64,000 nucleotides of DNA from an uncultured Gammaproteobacteria bacterium. Its GTDB lineage: Bacteria > Pseudomonadota > Gammaproteobacteria > Steroidobacterales > Rariloculaceae. This document shows, piece after piece, positions 10,027 to 19,651 of this stretch. The notes under the pieces are model-generated. The model had not been told where the DNA came from and did not search any database. It saw nothing but the letters and a program-made list of their open reading frames with translations. The stretch's first letter is position 1, and the number at the start of each line of letters is the position of its first letter. The stretch covers positions 582,582 to 646,581 of the forward strand of contig CAVUKQ010000004.1 of assembly GCA_963742115.1 (NCBI GenBank), read 5' to 3'. A program made the translations under genes and the position numbers.

Positions 10027-11340
10027 TCAGCGTACCGTGGTCGTCGAAGACGGCGCGGGCGGCTCCGGCAACGGCTGCCAACCCAGCGCGGCCAACAGCA
10101 CGAAGAAGCCGACGACGTACGCAACGGTCACGTGCCAGCCTTGCGCGAGCCAGCGCCCCGCGGACCGCGCCTCGGGGTAGGCATTCGCGAGCGCCACTCC
10201 GGCCGAGGATCCGAACCAGAGCATCGAGCCGCCGTAGCCGACGGCGTACGCGACCACGCCCCAGTCGTAGCCGCCCTGCTTGAGCGCGAGCGCCGTGAGC
10301 GGGATGTTGTCGAACAAGGCCGACACGAACCCGAGCCCGAGCGTCGACTGCCACGAAGGCGGCGGCAGCGTCGCGACCGGCATCATCGACGCGCAGATCA
10401 CGAGCGACAACAGGAACGCGCTGCTCTTGAGCCCTTCGGGCAGCAGCTGCCAGTCGGGGCGGCGGATCGGCGCGCAGATCAAAAGCCCGGCCCACGCGGC
10501 GGCGCCAATCACCGGGAACCGGTCGAGCACGGCCGGAAACGCGAGGTTCGTGACGACGGTCGTGACGATGATGACGATCAAGATGAACGCGACGACGGCG
10601 ACTCGCGTCCAGTCGATCGCGATCGCAGCGAGATCGCTGCTGACCATCGGCGCGTACGCATGCTGCTGGCGGGCCGCGATCAGGCCGCTCACGACGAGCG
10701 CGACGCCTGCCGCGACGTACGCATGCAGCACCCCGAGCGGGCTCACGCCGTGGATCCACATCATGGTGGTCGTCGTGTCGCCGACGACACTGCCCGACCC
10801 GCCGCCGTTGGATGCGGCCACGATCGCCGCGAGGTAGCCGAGGTGCACTCTGCCGCCGAATACGGCACGCGCCATCGTGCCGCCGATCAGCGCGGCGGCG
10901 ATGTTGTCGAGGAACGACGACAACACGAATACGAGGACGAGCAGCAGAAACGCGCCGCGCCAGCCGGCGGGCAGTATCCGCGGCAGCTTCGCCGGGACGT
11001 TCGAGCGTTCGAAGTGCTTGGAGAGCAGCCCGAAGCCGAGCAGCAACCCGAGGAGGTTCGCGAGCGTGACCCATTCGTGACCGAGGTGCAGCGCGAGCCC
11101 CTGCAACCCGACGCCGGTGGTGAAGCCGCCGACGAGAACCTCGTACGCGGTGATCACCGCGAGGCCGGCGAGCGCCACCTGCAGCGTGTGATGGTGAAAC
11201 ACGGCGACGCCGGCGAGCATCAAGCCGAACAACGCGAAGTCGAGCGGCGCGCCCAATCCGACCGCGGCCGCGGCGAGCAGGAGCGCTCCCACGAACAGCG
11301 CGCGGTCCCGTGCGAGGAGCCGCAGGAGAACCGATTTCAC
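10027..11340 (-). CDS. Ion-transporter superfamily permease (NhaD/citrate transporter-like)
   Basis: Highly hydrophobic; SSFLDNIAA, GDTTTTMMW, SALFDNIPL, GGSMLWFGSSAGVA. Confidence 0.8.
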   Translation of the reverse strand: MKSVLLRLLARDRALFVGALLLAAAAVGLGAPLDFALFGLMLAGVAVFHHHTLQVALAGLAVITAYEVLVGGFTTGVGLQGLALHLGHEWVTLANLLGLLLGFGLLSKHFERSNVPAKLPRILPAGWRGAFLLLVLVFVLSSFLDNIAAALIGGTMARAVFGGRVHLGYLAAIVAASNGGGSGSVVGDTTTTMMWIHGVSPLGVLHAYVAAGVALVVSGLIAARQQHAYAPMVSSDLAAIAIDWTRVAVVAFILIVIIVTTVVTNLAFPAVLDRFPVIGAAAWAGLLICAPIRRPDWQLLPEGLKSSAFLLSLVICASMMPVATLPPPSWQSTLGLGFVSALFDNIPLTALALKQGGYDWGVVAYAVGYGGSMLWFGSSAGVALANAYPEARSAGRWLAQGWHVTVAYVVGFFVLLAALGWQPLPEPPAPSSTTTVR

Positions 11341-11435
11341 GCGCGTGCTCGCCGGGGCACGCCGCGCGCGGCGGCGGTCGAGGCCACTACGGCGCTCCGG
11401 TCAGGCGCACACCACTCATTGTCTCGAAGTGCTCG

Positions 11436-12299
11436 CTACTGCCGGCTGTTCTGGCCGCCGCCACCGCGAAACGCCGACTGCAGCAGATGCGTCAGCGTAT
11501 GCACGTAGCGCAGCTTGCCGTTCTCGACGCGGAACAGGTGGGTGTCCGGCGAACCGCTGCCGCCGTTTGGGCCGCCCGCGCCGAACGTGCAGTAGACGAC
11601 GACCGAGCCGATGACCTCATCCACGACGAACCGCCGGTTGACGATGTTCACCCCGCTCGGCACGCCGACCTCGCAGCTGTCGGCGGCGGAACCTTTGCCG
11701 GTATACGCGCCGCCTTCGACGCGGACACACGGGAAGCCCCAAGGCACGCGATCGATCTTGCCCTCGAGAAACGCGTCGAGGTACGCGTTGGCGGCGGCGA
11801 CCAGCGTGTCCCGAGAATCGCGCGCTTCAGGGGGAATCGGACCCCAGTTCTCCGCGGACGAATACTTGAGGTACGCGTCGGCGTTGAATAACCAATAACC
11901 CGTCGTGGTCCAGAGGATCTCGATCTCGACGATCTTGTCGTGGTTGACGCGCAGGCGCGTGCCGAGCACGTACGGTTTCGCGGTATCCGTCACGATCGAC
12001 TCGGTGAAGGTTTGACACGTGGACTCGTCGAGCAGGCTGCGGTGATGATCGATCTTGAGCGGCGTCTTGATCAGGCCCTCGTCGATGTCGACACGCGCCA
12101 TGTTCTCGACGTAGCCGAGGCCGGCCGCCAAGGGCAGCCCGGAAGTATCGCCTTTGGTTTGTGCTTCGACGTAGAGATCGACCGCGCGCTGCAGCCCTCC
12201 GCGCACGCACGAGATCTGCGCGAAAGCGACCGTGGGGGCGACCGCGGGGGCGAGCAGCGCACCCGCAACCGCGATCCCCGCGAAAGCGGAACGTTTCAC
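11436..12299 (-). CDS. Exported Cys-containing hypothetical protein
   Basis: Signal peptide ending AFA-Q; GTGA overlap with upstream hydrolase; CxRVEGG, PDTHLFRVENGKLRYVHT. Confidence 0.75.
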   Translation of the reverse strand: MKRSAFAGIAVAGALLAPAVAPTVAFAQISCVRGGLQRAVDLYVEAQTKGDTSGLPLAAGLGYVENMARVDIDEGLIKTPLKIDHHRSLLDESTCQTFTESIVTDTAKPYVLGTRLRVNHDKIVEIEILWTTTGYWLFNADAYLKYSSAENWGPIPPEARDSRDTLVAAANAYLDAFLEGKIDRVPWGFPCVRVEGGAYTGKGSAADSCEVGVPSGVNIVNRRFVVDEVIGSVVVYCTFGAGGPNGGSGSPDTHLFRVENGKLRYVHTLTHLLQSAFRGGGGQNSRQ

Positions 12300-13303
12300 C
12301 GAGCTGCTCCGCCGCCCGGTGGAGCACCCGCACCGCCGCCACCGGGTGGCGCGCCGCCGGGCCGGCCCCCGCCGGGCCGCCCGCCGCCCGGAGGGCCGAA
12401 CGCGGGATACGGCTTCGGGTTCACGAACAGCCGATCGAGGAACAAATCGATCGACTGCGCCATGACTTCGACGGCGTCGAGCGCCGCGTTGTCGAACGCG
12501 TGCGCGGCGCCTTGGATCGCCGTGAGCGCGGTCGGCACGCCGGCCGCGAGCAGCTTGTTGAAGAAATCCATGCTCGATGCGAGCGGCACCGTCGTGTCCG
12601 CCGTGCCGTGCACGAAGATCGTCGGCGCGAAGCTCGCGCTGATGTAGCTCGTCGGCGAAGCGGCCGCGATGTTCTCCGGCGTCGCCTGACCCTCCGGGAA
12701 AAGCCCCCTCGCCGTCTGCGCGCTCGCGAGCGGATAGACCCCGATGCAGGCGTCGACCTTCGAGCTCACGCCCGGCGTGCCGACCGCGCCCTCGAACTCG
12801 GGCTTGCCGTTCGTGCCCGCGGCCATGAGCGCGAGCATGCCGCCGGCCGAGTAGCCGGCGATCGCGATCTTGTCGGCGTCCACGCCGAGTCGACTGGCGT
12901 TCGCGCGCGTCCAGCGGATCGCAGCTTTGACGTCATGCAGCTGCGCGGGCCACGAGCCTTGGTTCTGCAGGCGATAGTTCGCAGAGACGCTCGTGTAGCC
13001 GCGGGCACCGAGCGCCTTGGCGTCGTTGATGATGTAGCCGGCGTTCTTGTTGCCGACGAAAAAACCGCCGCCGAATAGATGCACGATGGCCATGCGTTTC
13101 GGCGCGACTCCCTCGGGCGGATGATAGACGTCGAGCGTGAGATCGAGGTCGCCGCCCTTACCGAAGACGATGTCCTTCTCGGCTCTCAATTTGCCGATGT
13201 CCGGCGCGGGCCCCTGGGCTCGTGCCGTGACGGCCGTGAGCGCCGGCGCCGCGGCCAGCACGCCCGAAGCTTTGACGAAGAAACGTCTTGTGACCCGTGC
13301 CAT
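12296..13303 (-). CDS. Tat-exported alpha/beta hydrolase (HSL/acetyl esterase-like)
   Basis: TRRFFVK Tat motif; HLFGGGF, NYRL, GYSAGG, HGTAD, AHAF; Gly/Pro-rich tail. Confidence 0.85.
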   Translation of the reverse strand: MARVTRRFFVKASGVLAAAPALTAVTARAQGPAPDIGKLRAEKDIVFGKGGDLDLTLDVYHPPEGVAPKRMAIVHLFGGGFFVGNKNAGYIINDAKALGARGYTSVSANYRLQNQGSWPAQLHDVKAAIRWTRANASRLGVDADKIAIAGYSAGGMLALMAAGTNGKPEFEGAVGTPGVSSKVDACIGVYPLASAQTARGLFPEGQATPENIAAASPTSYISASFAPTIFVHGTADTTVPLASSMDFFNKLLAAGVPTALTAIQGAAHAFDNAALDAVEVMAQSIDLFLDRLFVNPKPYPAFGPPGGGRPGGGRPGGAPPGGGGAGAPPGGGAAR

Positions 13304-13493
13304 TTGGATTCCCCCCCGCGGTTTACGGCAACGCAGAATCATACTAGGTTCTGCGTTAGCGGCGCCGCTGCGGCCGGCCGGCGAGTGGGTCGCGCGGTGC
13401 GGCGCCGCGACGCCGCAAGCCTCTACCGATCGCGAATCTGCTAGCGTGGCCGCTCGGCCATCTTCGCCCCCGCTGGAGCACCAGGGCGTATTC

Positions 13494-14579
13494 ATGCAGC
13501 GCATCCGGATCACGCCGACGCCGTTCGTGCCGCGCTCGGGGCTAGTTCGCGCCGCCGCGCTCTGCGCGGTGCATTTGCTGCTGCCCTCGTTGGCGCTTGC
13601 CCCGGGTCTCGCGGCCGGGCAGACGAACGCGAACGCGCCGGCACCGGAGGAGTTCATCGTCACCGGGAGACAACCCGGTCCGCCGTTGTGGCGGGTCAAC
13701 TACGGCGACAACGTGCTGTGGATCTTCCCGCAGCTCGCGCCCGTGCCGAAGGACATGATCTGGGAACCGGGCAAGGCGGCCACGGTGATCGCGCAAGCAC
13801 AGGAGGTATTGGAGCTACCGAACGTGAGTGCCAACGCCTCGCCGGGCGTGTACTTGAACCCGGTCAACCTGTTCCGCGCCATGCGGCTCGCGAAACGGCT
13901 GAGCCGCGACGCCGAAGGGAGGCCGCTCGCGGAGACGCTGCCGCCGGAGCTCTACACGCGCTTCCTGGCTCTGCAGGCAAAGTATTTCCCGCGCGAGGCC
14001 GACGAGTTCGAAGAGCTCCGGCCGGCCGTCGCCGCCGCGCAGATGACCGGGATCGTCCAGACCAAAGAGGGATTGGGCGGCGATCACGCCATCATGAAGA
14101 CGATCCAGCAGCTGATCCGCCGCAACCGCGACATCAAACGCACCGCGATCGAAGTGAAGGTCGACGTCGAAGGCAACTTCGGCGACTTGGCGCAGCGCGC
14201 CGAAGACCTGACCGCCAGCCTCGATCCCAGCGTCGAGCTCGAATGCTTCGAGAGCCAGCTGCGGCGCATGGAGGAAGACGTCGACGAGATGCGCAGCAGG
14301 GCCAATTCGTGGGCACGCGGTTACATCGACGAGTTCCGCGGGGTTCCACTGCAGGGCGGTGACGAAGACTCCTGCCTCGCCCTGATCGTCCAGAGCTCCG
14401 AACGGGATGTGATCGTCGAGTCCTTTACGCAGTTGCAGAGCCTGTGGCTCGACAACGCCGAAAGGGTGCTGCACACCAACCGGACTACGTTCGCGATCTT
14501 ACCGATCACCGAGCTGCTGAAAGACGACGGAGCGATTGCGAAGCTGAAAGCCAAGGGCTACGACGTCAGGGAACCCTGA
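13494..14579 (+). CDS. TraB/GumN family protein
   Basis: Signal peptide; VTGRQPGPPLWRV, WARG.IDE, WLDNAE...N.TTFAILP, L.AKGY.V..P. Confidence 0.75.
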   Translation: MQRIRITPTPFVPRSGLVRAAALCAVHLLLPSLALAPGLAAGQTNANAPAPEEFIVTGRQPGPPLWRVNYGDNVLWIFPQLAPVPKDMIWEPGKAATVIAQAQEVLELPNVSANASPGVYLNPVNLFRAMRLAKRLSRDAEGRPLAETLPPELYTRFLALQAKYFPREADEFEELRPAVAAAQMTGIVQTKEGLGGDHAIMKTIQQLIRRNRDIKRTAIEVKVDVEGNFGDLAQRAEDLTASLDPSVELECFESQLRRMEEDVDEMRSRANSWARGYIDEFRGVPLQGGDEDSCLALIVQSSERDVIVESFTQLQSLWLDNAERVLHTNRTTFAILPITELLKDDGAIAKLKAKGYDVREP

Positions 14580-14663
14580 CACCGCTCGTCGCGCGATCGG
14601 AACGGTGTCCCGCCCTCGGGCCGGCGGTTCGCTCCCGCGTCGAGCCGGCCGCGGCGGACGCGG

Positions 14664-16733
14664 CTAAGCGTCCTTCTCCGCCACGGCATGCGTACCGGCG
14701 ATGAATCCCTGCACGGTGCCCTTCCCGAGGCCGTGCTTGTCGAAACCGCCGGCGGCCTCGCCGCCTGCAAAGAGCCCCGGGATGACGGCGCCCTGCATGT
14801 CGATGACCTGTTGGCGACCGTTGACGCGCAGGCCGCCGTACGAGTCGTGCCAGACGATCATGATCGACAACGCATAGAACGGCCCGGTTGCGATGCCGTG
14901 CATCGCCCCGTCCTTCTCGCGCTCGAACTCGGGGTCGGCGCCGGCCGCGACGTAGCCGTTCCAGGTGTCGACGGTCTTCCGTAGATGCGTGAGCGGCACG
15001 CGCTGAAACTCGTTGCCGGCTTCGATCTTGGCCGCGAGCTTCTCGATCGTGTCGGCTTTGAAAAAGTAGCCGTTGTCGGCGACATACGGGTAGCGGAGCT
15101 TCCAGCCGGTACGCTCGACGGTCGCCTGATCGAAGATGCCCCAGAGCGGACCCGAGTAGTAGTTCGGCGCCTTCGACCCCTCGTTGATCGCGAGCGCGGC
15201 CTCGATGCCGTGGTCGTAGTCGTACGTGGTCCTGAGCCACTCGTGGCTGCAATTGCGCCAGTCCGTCGGCTTGTGCTCGAGACCGTCGTGCGGAGTGATG
15301 CCGCCGCCCGGATAGCGGTTGCCGCCCGTCCGCGCGATCAGGCGCACTTCGTTGAAGAAGCGCTTGCCGACTTGATTGACCGCGATCAGCTCCTCGAAGC
15401 CCCCCGTGCCGACGCTGATGCCGCACGAGCCGCGGAAACCGAACGCCGGATGCCCCGGCATCATCGGGATGTACGCATCCCGCGTACCGAGACGCGTGGA
15501 GACGTGGTAGGTCAACGAAAGGATCAGGTTCTGCTGCATGCCGGCGAGATTCGCGCCGACCTTGAGCCCCGCCTTGAGCGCGCTCGCGTCTTGCACACGC
15601 GGGCCGAGCGTCGCAATCGCGCTCGTCGGGAACAAGGGCTCGCGCAGGCCCGGGTGGAACATGCTGCGCACCTCGGGGTTACCGGCGTGGCCGCCGCACG
15701 CGAGCACGACGCCGCGCCGTGCGCGGATACGCACGACGTCGCGCCGCTCGTCGACGTTGCCGTTCTGCCAGAAGCTCTGCATGAGCTCGCCCGTCTCGGG
15801 ATGCTTCCGCGGCGTGTAGCTCGCTTCGATGCCGACGATTCGGCCCGCCGACGGCTGTGCGCGGACGAGCTCGTCGAACGCGCGGTTCAGCATGAACTTC
15901 ACTCCCTTCTCGCGCGCCGAGAATTCGAGCGGCCGCGCGAGCGCGGCGCCGTTGCTGAACGCGCCGGGCCCGACGACGCGGCTCGCGTTGTCCATCTGCA
16001 CCGGAGCGAACGCGCTCGAGCGCTCGGGATCGGCCTGGCCCGCGTCCGCGGCCGTGACGGTGCCGGCCTTCATGTCCGTCTTGTCGCCGAGCGTGAGGAA
16101 GCAGACCGCGCCGCGCGCGCGCGACATGCCGCCGCCCGAGTGCGTGCCGTTGATGCGCGCGAACCGGACGTGGTTGTCCATGAGGAACTGCCGCGTGGCT
16201 CCGCAATTCTCGGCCCAGGCGCGGACGAGACCGCGTTCGTTATAGCGGTACGGGCTATAGCCGTGACGGTCGACGATCGACCAGTCCGTGAGGTCCTTGA
16301 ACAAGATCTCGACGCTGTCGTCGAGCTCCGCGGGGTCCTCGATCGGCCCGACCTGGATGCGCCCTTCGGCATCGCGCTCGCCGTGCATGTCGCGGCGCTG
16401 CACGGGGTCCCCGGCGCCGAGCGAGACGAACGAGCCGCTGTGCAGCATTCGGCCGCCGACGTCGAAGGCCGCCTCGATGACGAGCACAGTAGCGCCGAGA
16501 TCGCGCGCCCGGATCGCGGCCGTGAGCCCGGCGCAGCCTGCGCCGACTACGACGACGTCGTACTCGTGGTCCCAGCGGTCTCTCGCGCCGGCTTGAGCTT
16601 CGGCGCCCTGTGGACCGAGCAACGCAGCGGCACCGAGCCCGGTGGCCGCTGCCGTGATGACGTCTCGCCGCGTGATGCCGCCGTCGTTGGCGTCGCCGAG
16701 ATCGTTCGCGTCTTGGTCTGTTCGTCTCGTCAT
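14664..16733 (-). CDS. Tat-exported FAD-binding oxidoreductase (fumarate reductase flavoprotein/3-ketosteroid dehydrogenase-like)
   Basis: TRRDVI Tat motif; DVVVVGAGCAGL, AVNQVGKRFFNE, GPFYA, GGLRVN, PGLFAGGE. Confidence 0.85.
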   Translation of the reverse strand: MTRRTDQDANDLGDANDGGITRRDVITAAATGLGAAALLGPQGAEAQAGARDRWDHEYDVVVVGAGCAGLTAAIRARDLGATVLVIEAAFDVGGRMLHSGSFVSLGAGDPVQRRDMHGERDAEGRIQVGPIEDPAELDDSVEILFKDLTDWSIVDRHGYSPYRYNERGLVRAWAENCGATRQFLMDNHVRFARINGTHSGGGMSRARGAVCFLTLGDKTDMKAGTVTAADAGQADPERSSAFAPVQMDNASRVVGPGAFSNGAALARPLEFSAREKGVKFMLNRAFDELVRAQPSAGRIVGIEASYTPRKHPETGELMQSFWQNGNVDERRDVVRIRARRGVVLACGGHAGNPEVRSMFHPGLREPLFPTSAIATLGPRVQDASALKAGLKVGANLAGMQQNLILSLTYHVSTRLGTRDAYIPMMPGHPAFGFRGSCGISVGTGGFEELIAVNQVGKRFFNEVRLIARTGGNRYPGGGITPHDGLEHKPTDWRNCSHEWLRTTYDYDHGIEAALAINEGSKAPNYYSGPLWGIFDQATVERTGWKLRYPYVADNGYFFKADTIEKLAAKIEAGNEFQRVPLTHLRKTVDTWNGYVAAGADPEFEREKDGAMHGIATGPFYALSIMIVWHDSYGGLRVNGRQQVIDMQGAVIPGLFAGGEAAGGFDKHGLGKGTVQGFIAGTHAVAEKDA

Positions 16734-16852
16734 GTTCCCCCCGGATGACTGCACGAGTCTTTTGTTATTGGCCGGTCGTCGAGCCCGGCACGTACGCAAT
16801 ATGCATGCCGCGACCGTCGAACGCGCTCGTGCGGTTGCCCGCTTTGGCGATT

Positions 16853-17794
16853 CTAATCCGGCACGTAGGCGATCTGCATGCTGCGATAGGCGCCGTCGAG
16901 GAATGCGGACGCGTCACCGAGCTCGGGCTCGTACTTCTGAAGCGGGTTGCGCTCCACGACGTCTTCCGCGCCGAGCCCCATGTTCATGTAGCCGATCATC
17001 GTCTCGAACAGCTCGTCGTAGATGTCGCGCTGATGCATGACGTCGCGTCCGGTGATCAGCCGGCCCTCGGCGGGCACGACGCGGGTGTCGGCTTTGACCA
17101 AGCTCGCGAGCCGCTCGAGCGCGCGTACGCGGCCGCCGAACCAGGCGCCGTTGCGGTAGTCGAGCAGCGGCCACTGCTCGCCGGAAACGACGCCGCCCGC
17201 GGCGAGCACGTTGAGCTGCGGAAAGTGGACGAACAGATCGCCGTCCGTGTGCGCCGCAGGCAGATAACCGTACTCGATCCGCTTGCCGCCGAGCTCGAGC
17301 GTGCCTTCGCCGCGCGTGGTCTGGTTCGGTCGCGCGGCCTCGGGTAACGGTTGCTGGCGGCCCTCGAGCAGCGCGGAGTACATCGCGTGGCTCAGGTACA
17401 GCTGCGTCTTCTCGTGCGCGAGGATCACGCCGCCGGCTTTGCCGACGAGCTCGTTCGCGCCGGTCTGGTCGGGATGTCCGTGCGTGTTGATCAACGTGTG
17501 GATTCGGGTAGTGCGCGTCGCGGCATAGACCGCGCGGAGCAGCGCATCGGCGCTCGCTTTCGGTCCGCCGTCGACCAGCAGCGCGCCGTCGTCGCCGTGC
17601 AGCGCGAGCACGTTCACACCCGCGACTTGGAGCAGCGCGAGGCCGCCGAGATCCGTCGTGGCGATATCCGCGGATGCTGGCTGCGGACGGGCCGCGAGCA
17701 TCGGGAACAGGGCGCCGCCGAGCGACGCGACCCCTGCGCGGAGCAGGCGCCGCCGCAAGAGTCGCTGATCGTTGGAGCGTCTCGCCTTCCGCAT
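16853..17794 (-). CDS. Exported MBL-fold protein with variant metal motif
   Basis: RRRLL Tat-like motif; LLVDGG, NTHGHPDQTG (HxHxDQ), AHTDGD; TATAGT 8 nt upstream of ATG, no SD. Confidence 0.8.
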   Translation of the reverse strand: MRKARRSNDQRLLRRRLLRAGVASLGGALFPMLAARPQPASADIATTDLGGLALLQVAGVNVLALHGDDGALLVDGGPKASADALLRAVYAATRTTRIHTLINTHGHPDQTGANELVGKAGGVILAHEKTQLYLSHAMYSALLEGRQQPLPEAARPNQTTRGEGTLELGGKRIEYGYLPAAHTDGDLFVHFPQLNVLAAGGVVSGEQWPLLDYRNGAWFGGRVRALERLASLVKADTRVVPAEGRLITGRDVMHQRDIYDELFETMIGYMNMGLGAEDVVERNPLQKYEPELGDASAFLDGAYRSMQIAYVPD

Positions 17795-17831
17795 GGCGGG
17801 CGACTATAGCACCCCGGCCGTCTCGCAACGT

Positions 17832-18010
17832 TCAGCGAACATGGGTCGCGAAGAAGTACGAGAATCCGAGCAGCACAGGCATCTGCGCGAGCACGGCCAT
17901 GTACATCTGCCGCGTAATTCGGCTCGCGCTTCGTTCGAGCTGCTCGAGCAGCGAAGATCAGAGAACTCGGAACGCAGATTGGCGACGTCGGACTGGAGGT
18001 CGGAGTCAAC
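17832..18010 (-). pseudogene. 3' remnant of DUF1640/CCDC90-like gene, copy B
   Basis: DLQSDVANLRSEFSDLR...EARAE then, after a frameshift, TRQMYMAVLAQMPVLLGFSYFFATHVR-stop. Confidence 0.6.
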
Positions 18011-18081
18011 GCAGGAAACATCCTGGCCGCGCTCGTCTCGAGGAGCCACGACGGAAAGGCAGCGTATCGTCGAGTTGAGGG

Positions 18082-19614
18082 TTAACCGCCGCCCTTGTGC
18101 CGGTAGATCGGCTCGTGAGCGACCGGCTCGCCGAGCGGATAGATGTCGGGCCACATGCCCTGGGGCGGGCCGAGAACCGGCCACACGGGGTCCTTCGGCA
18201 TCATTACGTTCGCGCCGAGCTCGCGCAGCAGCGCCGCTTCCTCTTTGAACAGCGGCGTCTGGAGCGCCATGAACGGCATGAAGCCGCGCGACTGCGTGTA
18301 GTCGAGCGCCGTGAGGCCGTCCTGGTCCTTCAAGTTCATGTCGATGCCGAACGACGCGAGCTGCTTGATGACGTCTTTGTAGCGCTTGCGGACCGCGAAG
18401 TGCAGCGCGCTTCCGCCCCGCACTTCTTCGATGTGGTTCACGAGCGCGACGCTGTTCAAGTCCGTGCCCGCCTCGTGCAAGACCTTGATCAGCTCGAGCG
18501 CGTCCTTCTCGGACACGCGGCCCGCGAGCACCGCGTGAATCGGCGTTTGGCGGTCCGCCATGATGACCGTCGCGTCCGCGCCGTGCTCGAGCAGCAGCTT
18601 CACGACCGCGAGGTCGCCGCTGTTCGCCGCGCGGATCAGCGGGGTCGAGCCGCGGGTGTTCGTGGAGCCGCGCACGTTCGAGGGGCGGAAGAAGAGCTGC
18701 ATGTTCGGGTTCGCGCCGTGCTCGAGCAGCATGCGGACGATGTCGACGCCCTTGGTCTGGTTCAGCGGATCGATCGACGCGTGTCCGCCGTCCGCCTTGG
18801 ACTGAAGGCCCACGGCGGTAAACAGCGGCGCTTCGCCGTAGATGTCCCACTGATCGACGTCGGCGCCCGCGTCGATGAGCCGCTTCGCGAGATCCCAATT
18901 CGCGTTCATCACCGCGAGGTTGAGCGGTGAGACGCCGTCGGGATCGGGCAGATCGATGTCCGCACCGTTCTTCAGCAGCACGTCGACGCACGCGATGCAG
19001 TTCTCGCGCGCGGCGTAGAGCAGCGGCGTGAAGCCGCCGCTGTCGAGGCTCTTCGGCCGGCCCTCGGCCTGGATGTGACGTTGATAGTCGCGGACGGTCG
19101 AGCGCGCGTCGACGGCCGCGCCGTGCGCGGTCAGCAGATCGATCATCTCGGGATGCCGGCGCGCCGCGGCCCACATCAGCGCCGTCTGCCCGCCGAAACT
19201 CTCGCGTGCGTCGACCGTCGCGCCGTGCTCGAGCAATGCGCTCGCGGCGCCGACGTTCCCCGTGCGCGCGACGAGCATCAAGGCCGTCATGCCGTCCGCG
19301 TTCGGCGAGTCTGCGTCCGCGCCGGCCGCGAGCAGCAGCTCGATGACTTGGCTGTCCGCGACTTCGGCCGCGAGGCTCATCGGCGTGGCGCCGTACTTGT
19401 TCGCGAGCGACGCGTCGGCACCCGCTCCGATGAGCCGGCGAACCTCCGCGGCGTCGCCGTTGTACACCGCCCACTGGAGCGGCGTGCTGCCGTCGGCATT
19501 CTGGCGGTTCACGGCCTCGGCGTCCGTCTCGTTCGACACGCCGCTGCGCGCGCCGAAGATGAGCAGCGCGGACAACGCGATCACCGCGGCCAATCCAAGC
19601 GTTCTCGCGAGCAT
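18082..19614 (-). CDS. Exported ankyrin-repeat protein
   Basis: Signal peptide; repeated G.TPL..A....G....V..LL..GAD units. Confidence 0.9.
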   Translation of the reverse strand: MLARTLGLAAVIALSALLIFGARSGVSNETDAEAVNRQNADGSTPLQWAVYNGDAAEVRRLIGAGADASLANKYGATPMSLAAEVADSQVIELLLAAGADADSPNADGMTALMLVARTGNVGAASALLEHGATVDARESFGGQTALMWAAARRHPEMIDLLTAHGAAVDARSTVRDYQRHIQAEGRPKSLDSGGFTPLLYAARENCIACVDVLLKNGADIDLPDPDGVSPLNLAVMNANWDLAKRLIDAGADVDQWDIYGEAPLFTAVGLQSKADGGHASIDPLNQTKGVDIVRMLLEHGANPNMQLFFRPSNVRGSTNTRGSTPLIRAANSGDLAVVKLLLEHGADATVIMADRQTPIHAVLAGRVSEKDALELIKVLHEAGTDLNSVALVNHIEEVRGGSALHFAVRKRYKDVIKQLASFGIDMNLKDQDGLTALDYTQSRGFMPFMALQTPLFKEEAALLRELGANVMMPKDPVWPVLGPPQGMWPDIYPLGEPVAHEPIYRHKGGG

Positions 19615-19651
19615 GATCAAATCCTAGATGCGGTTCAGTCCGCCGACGTCA

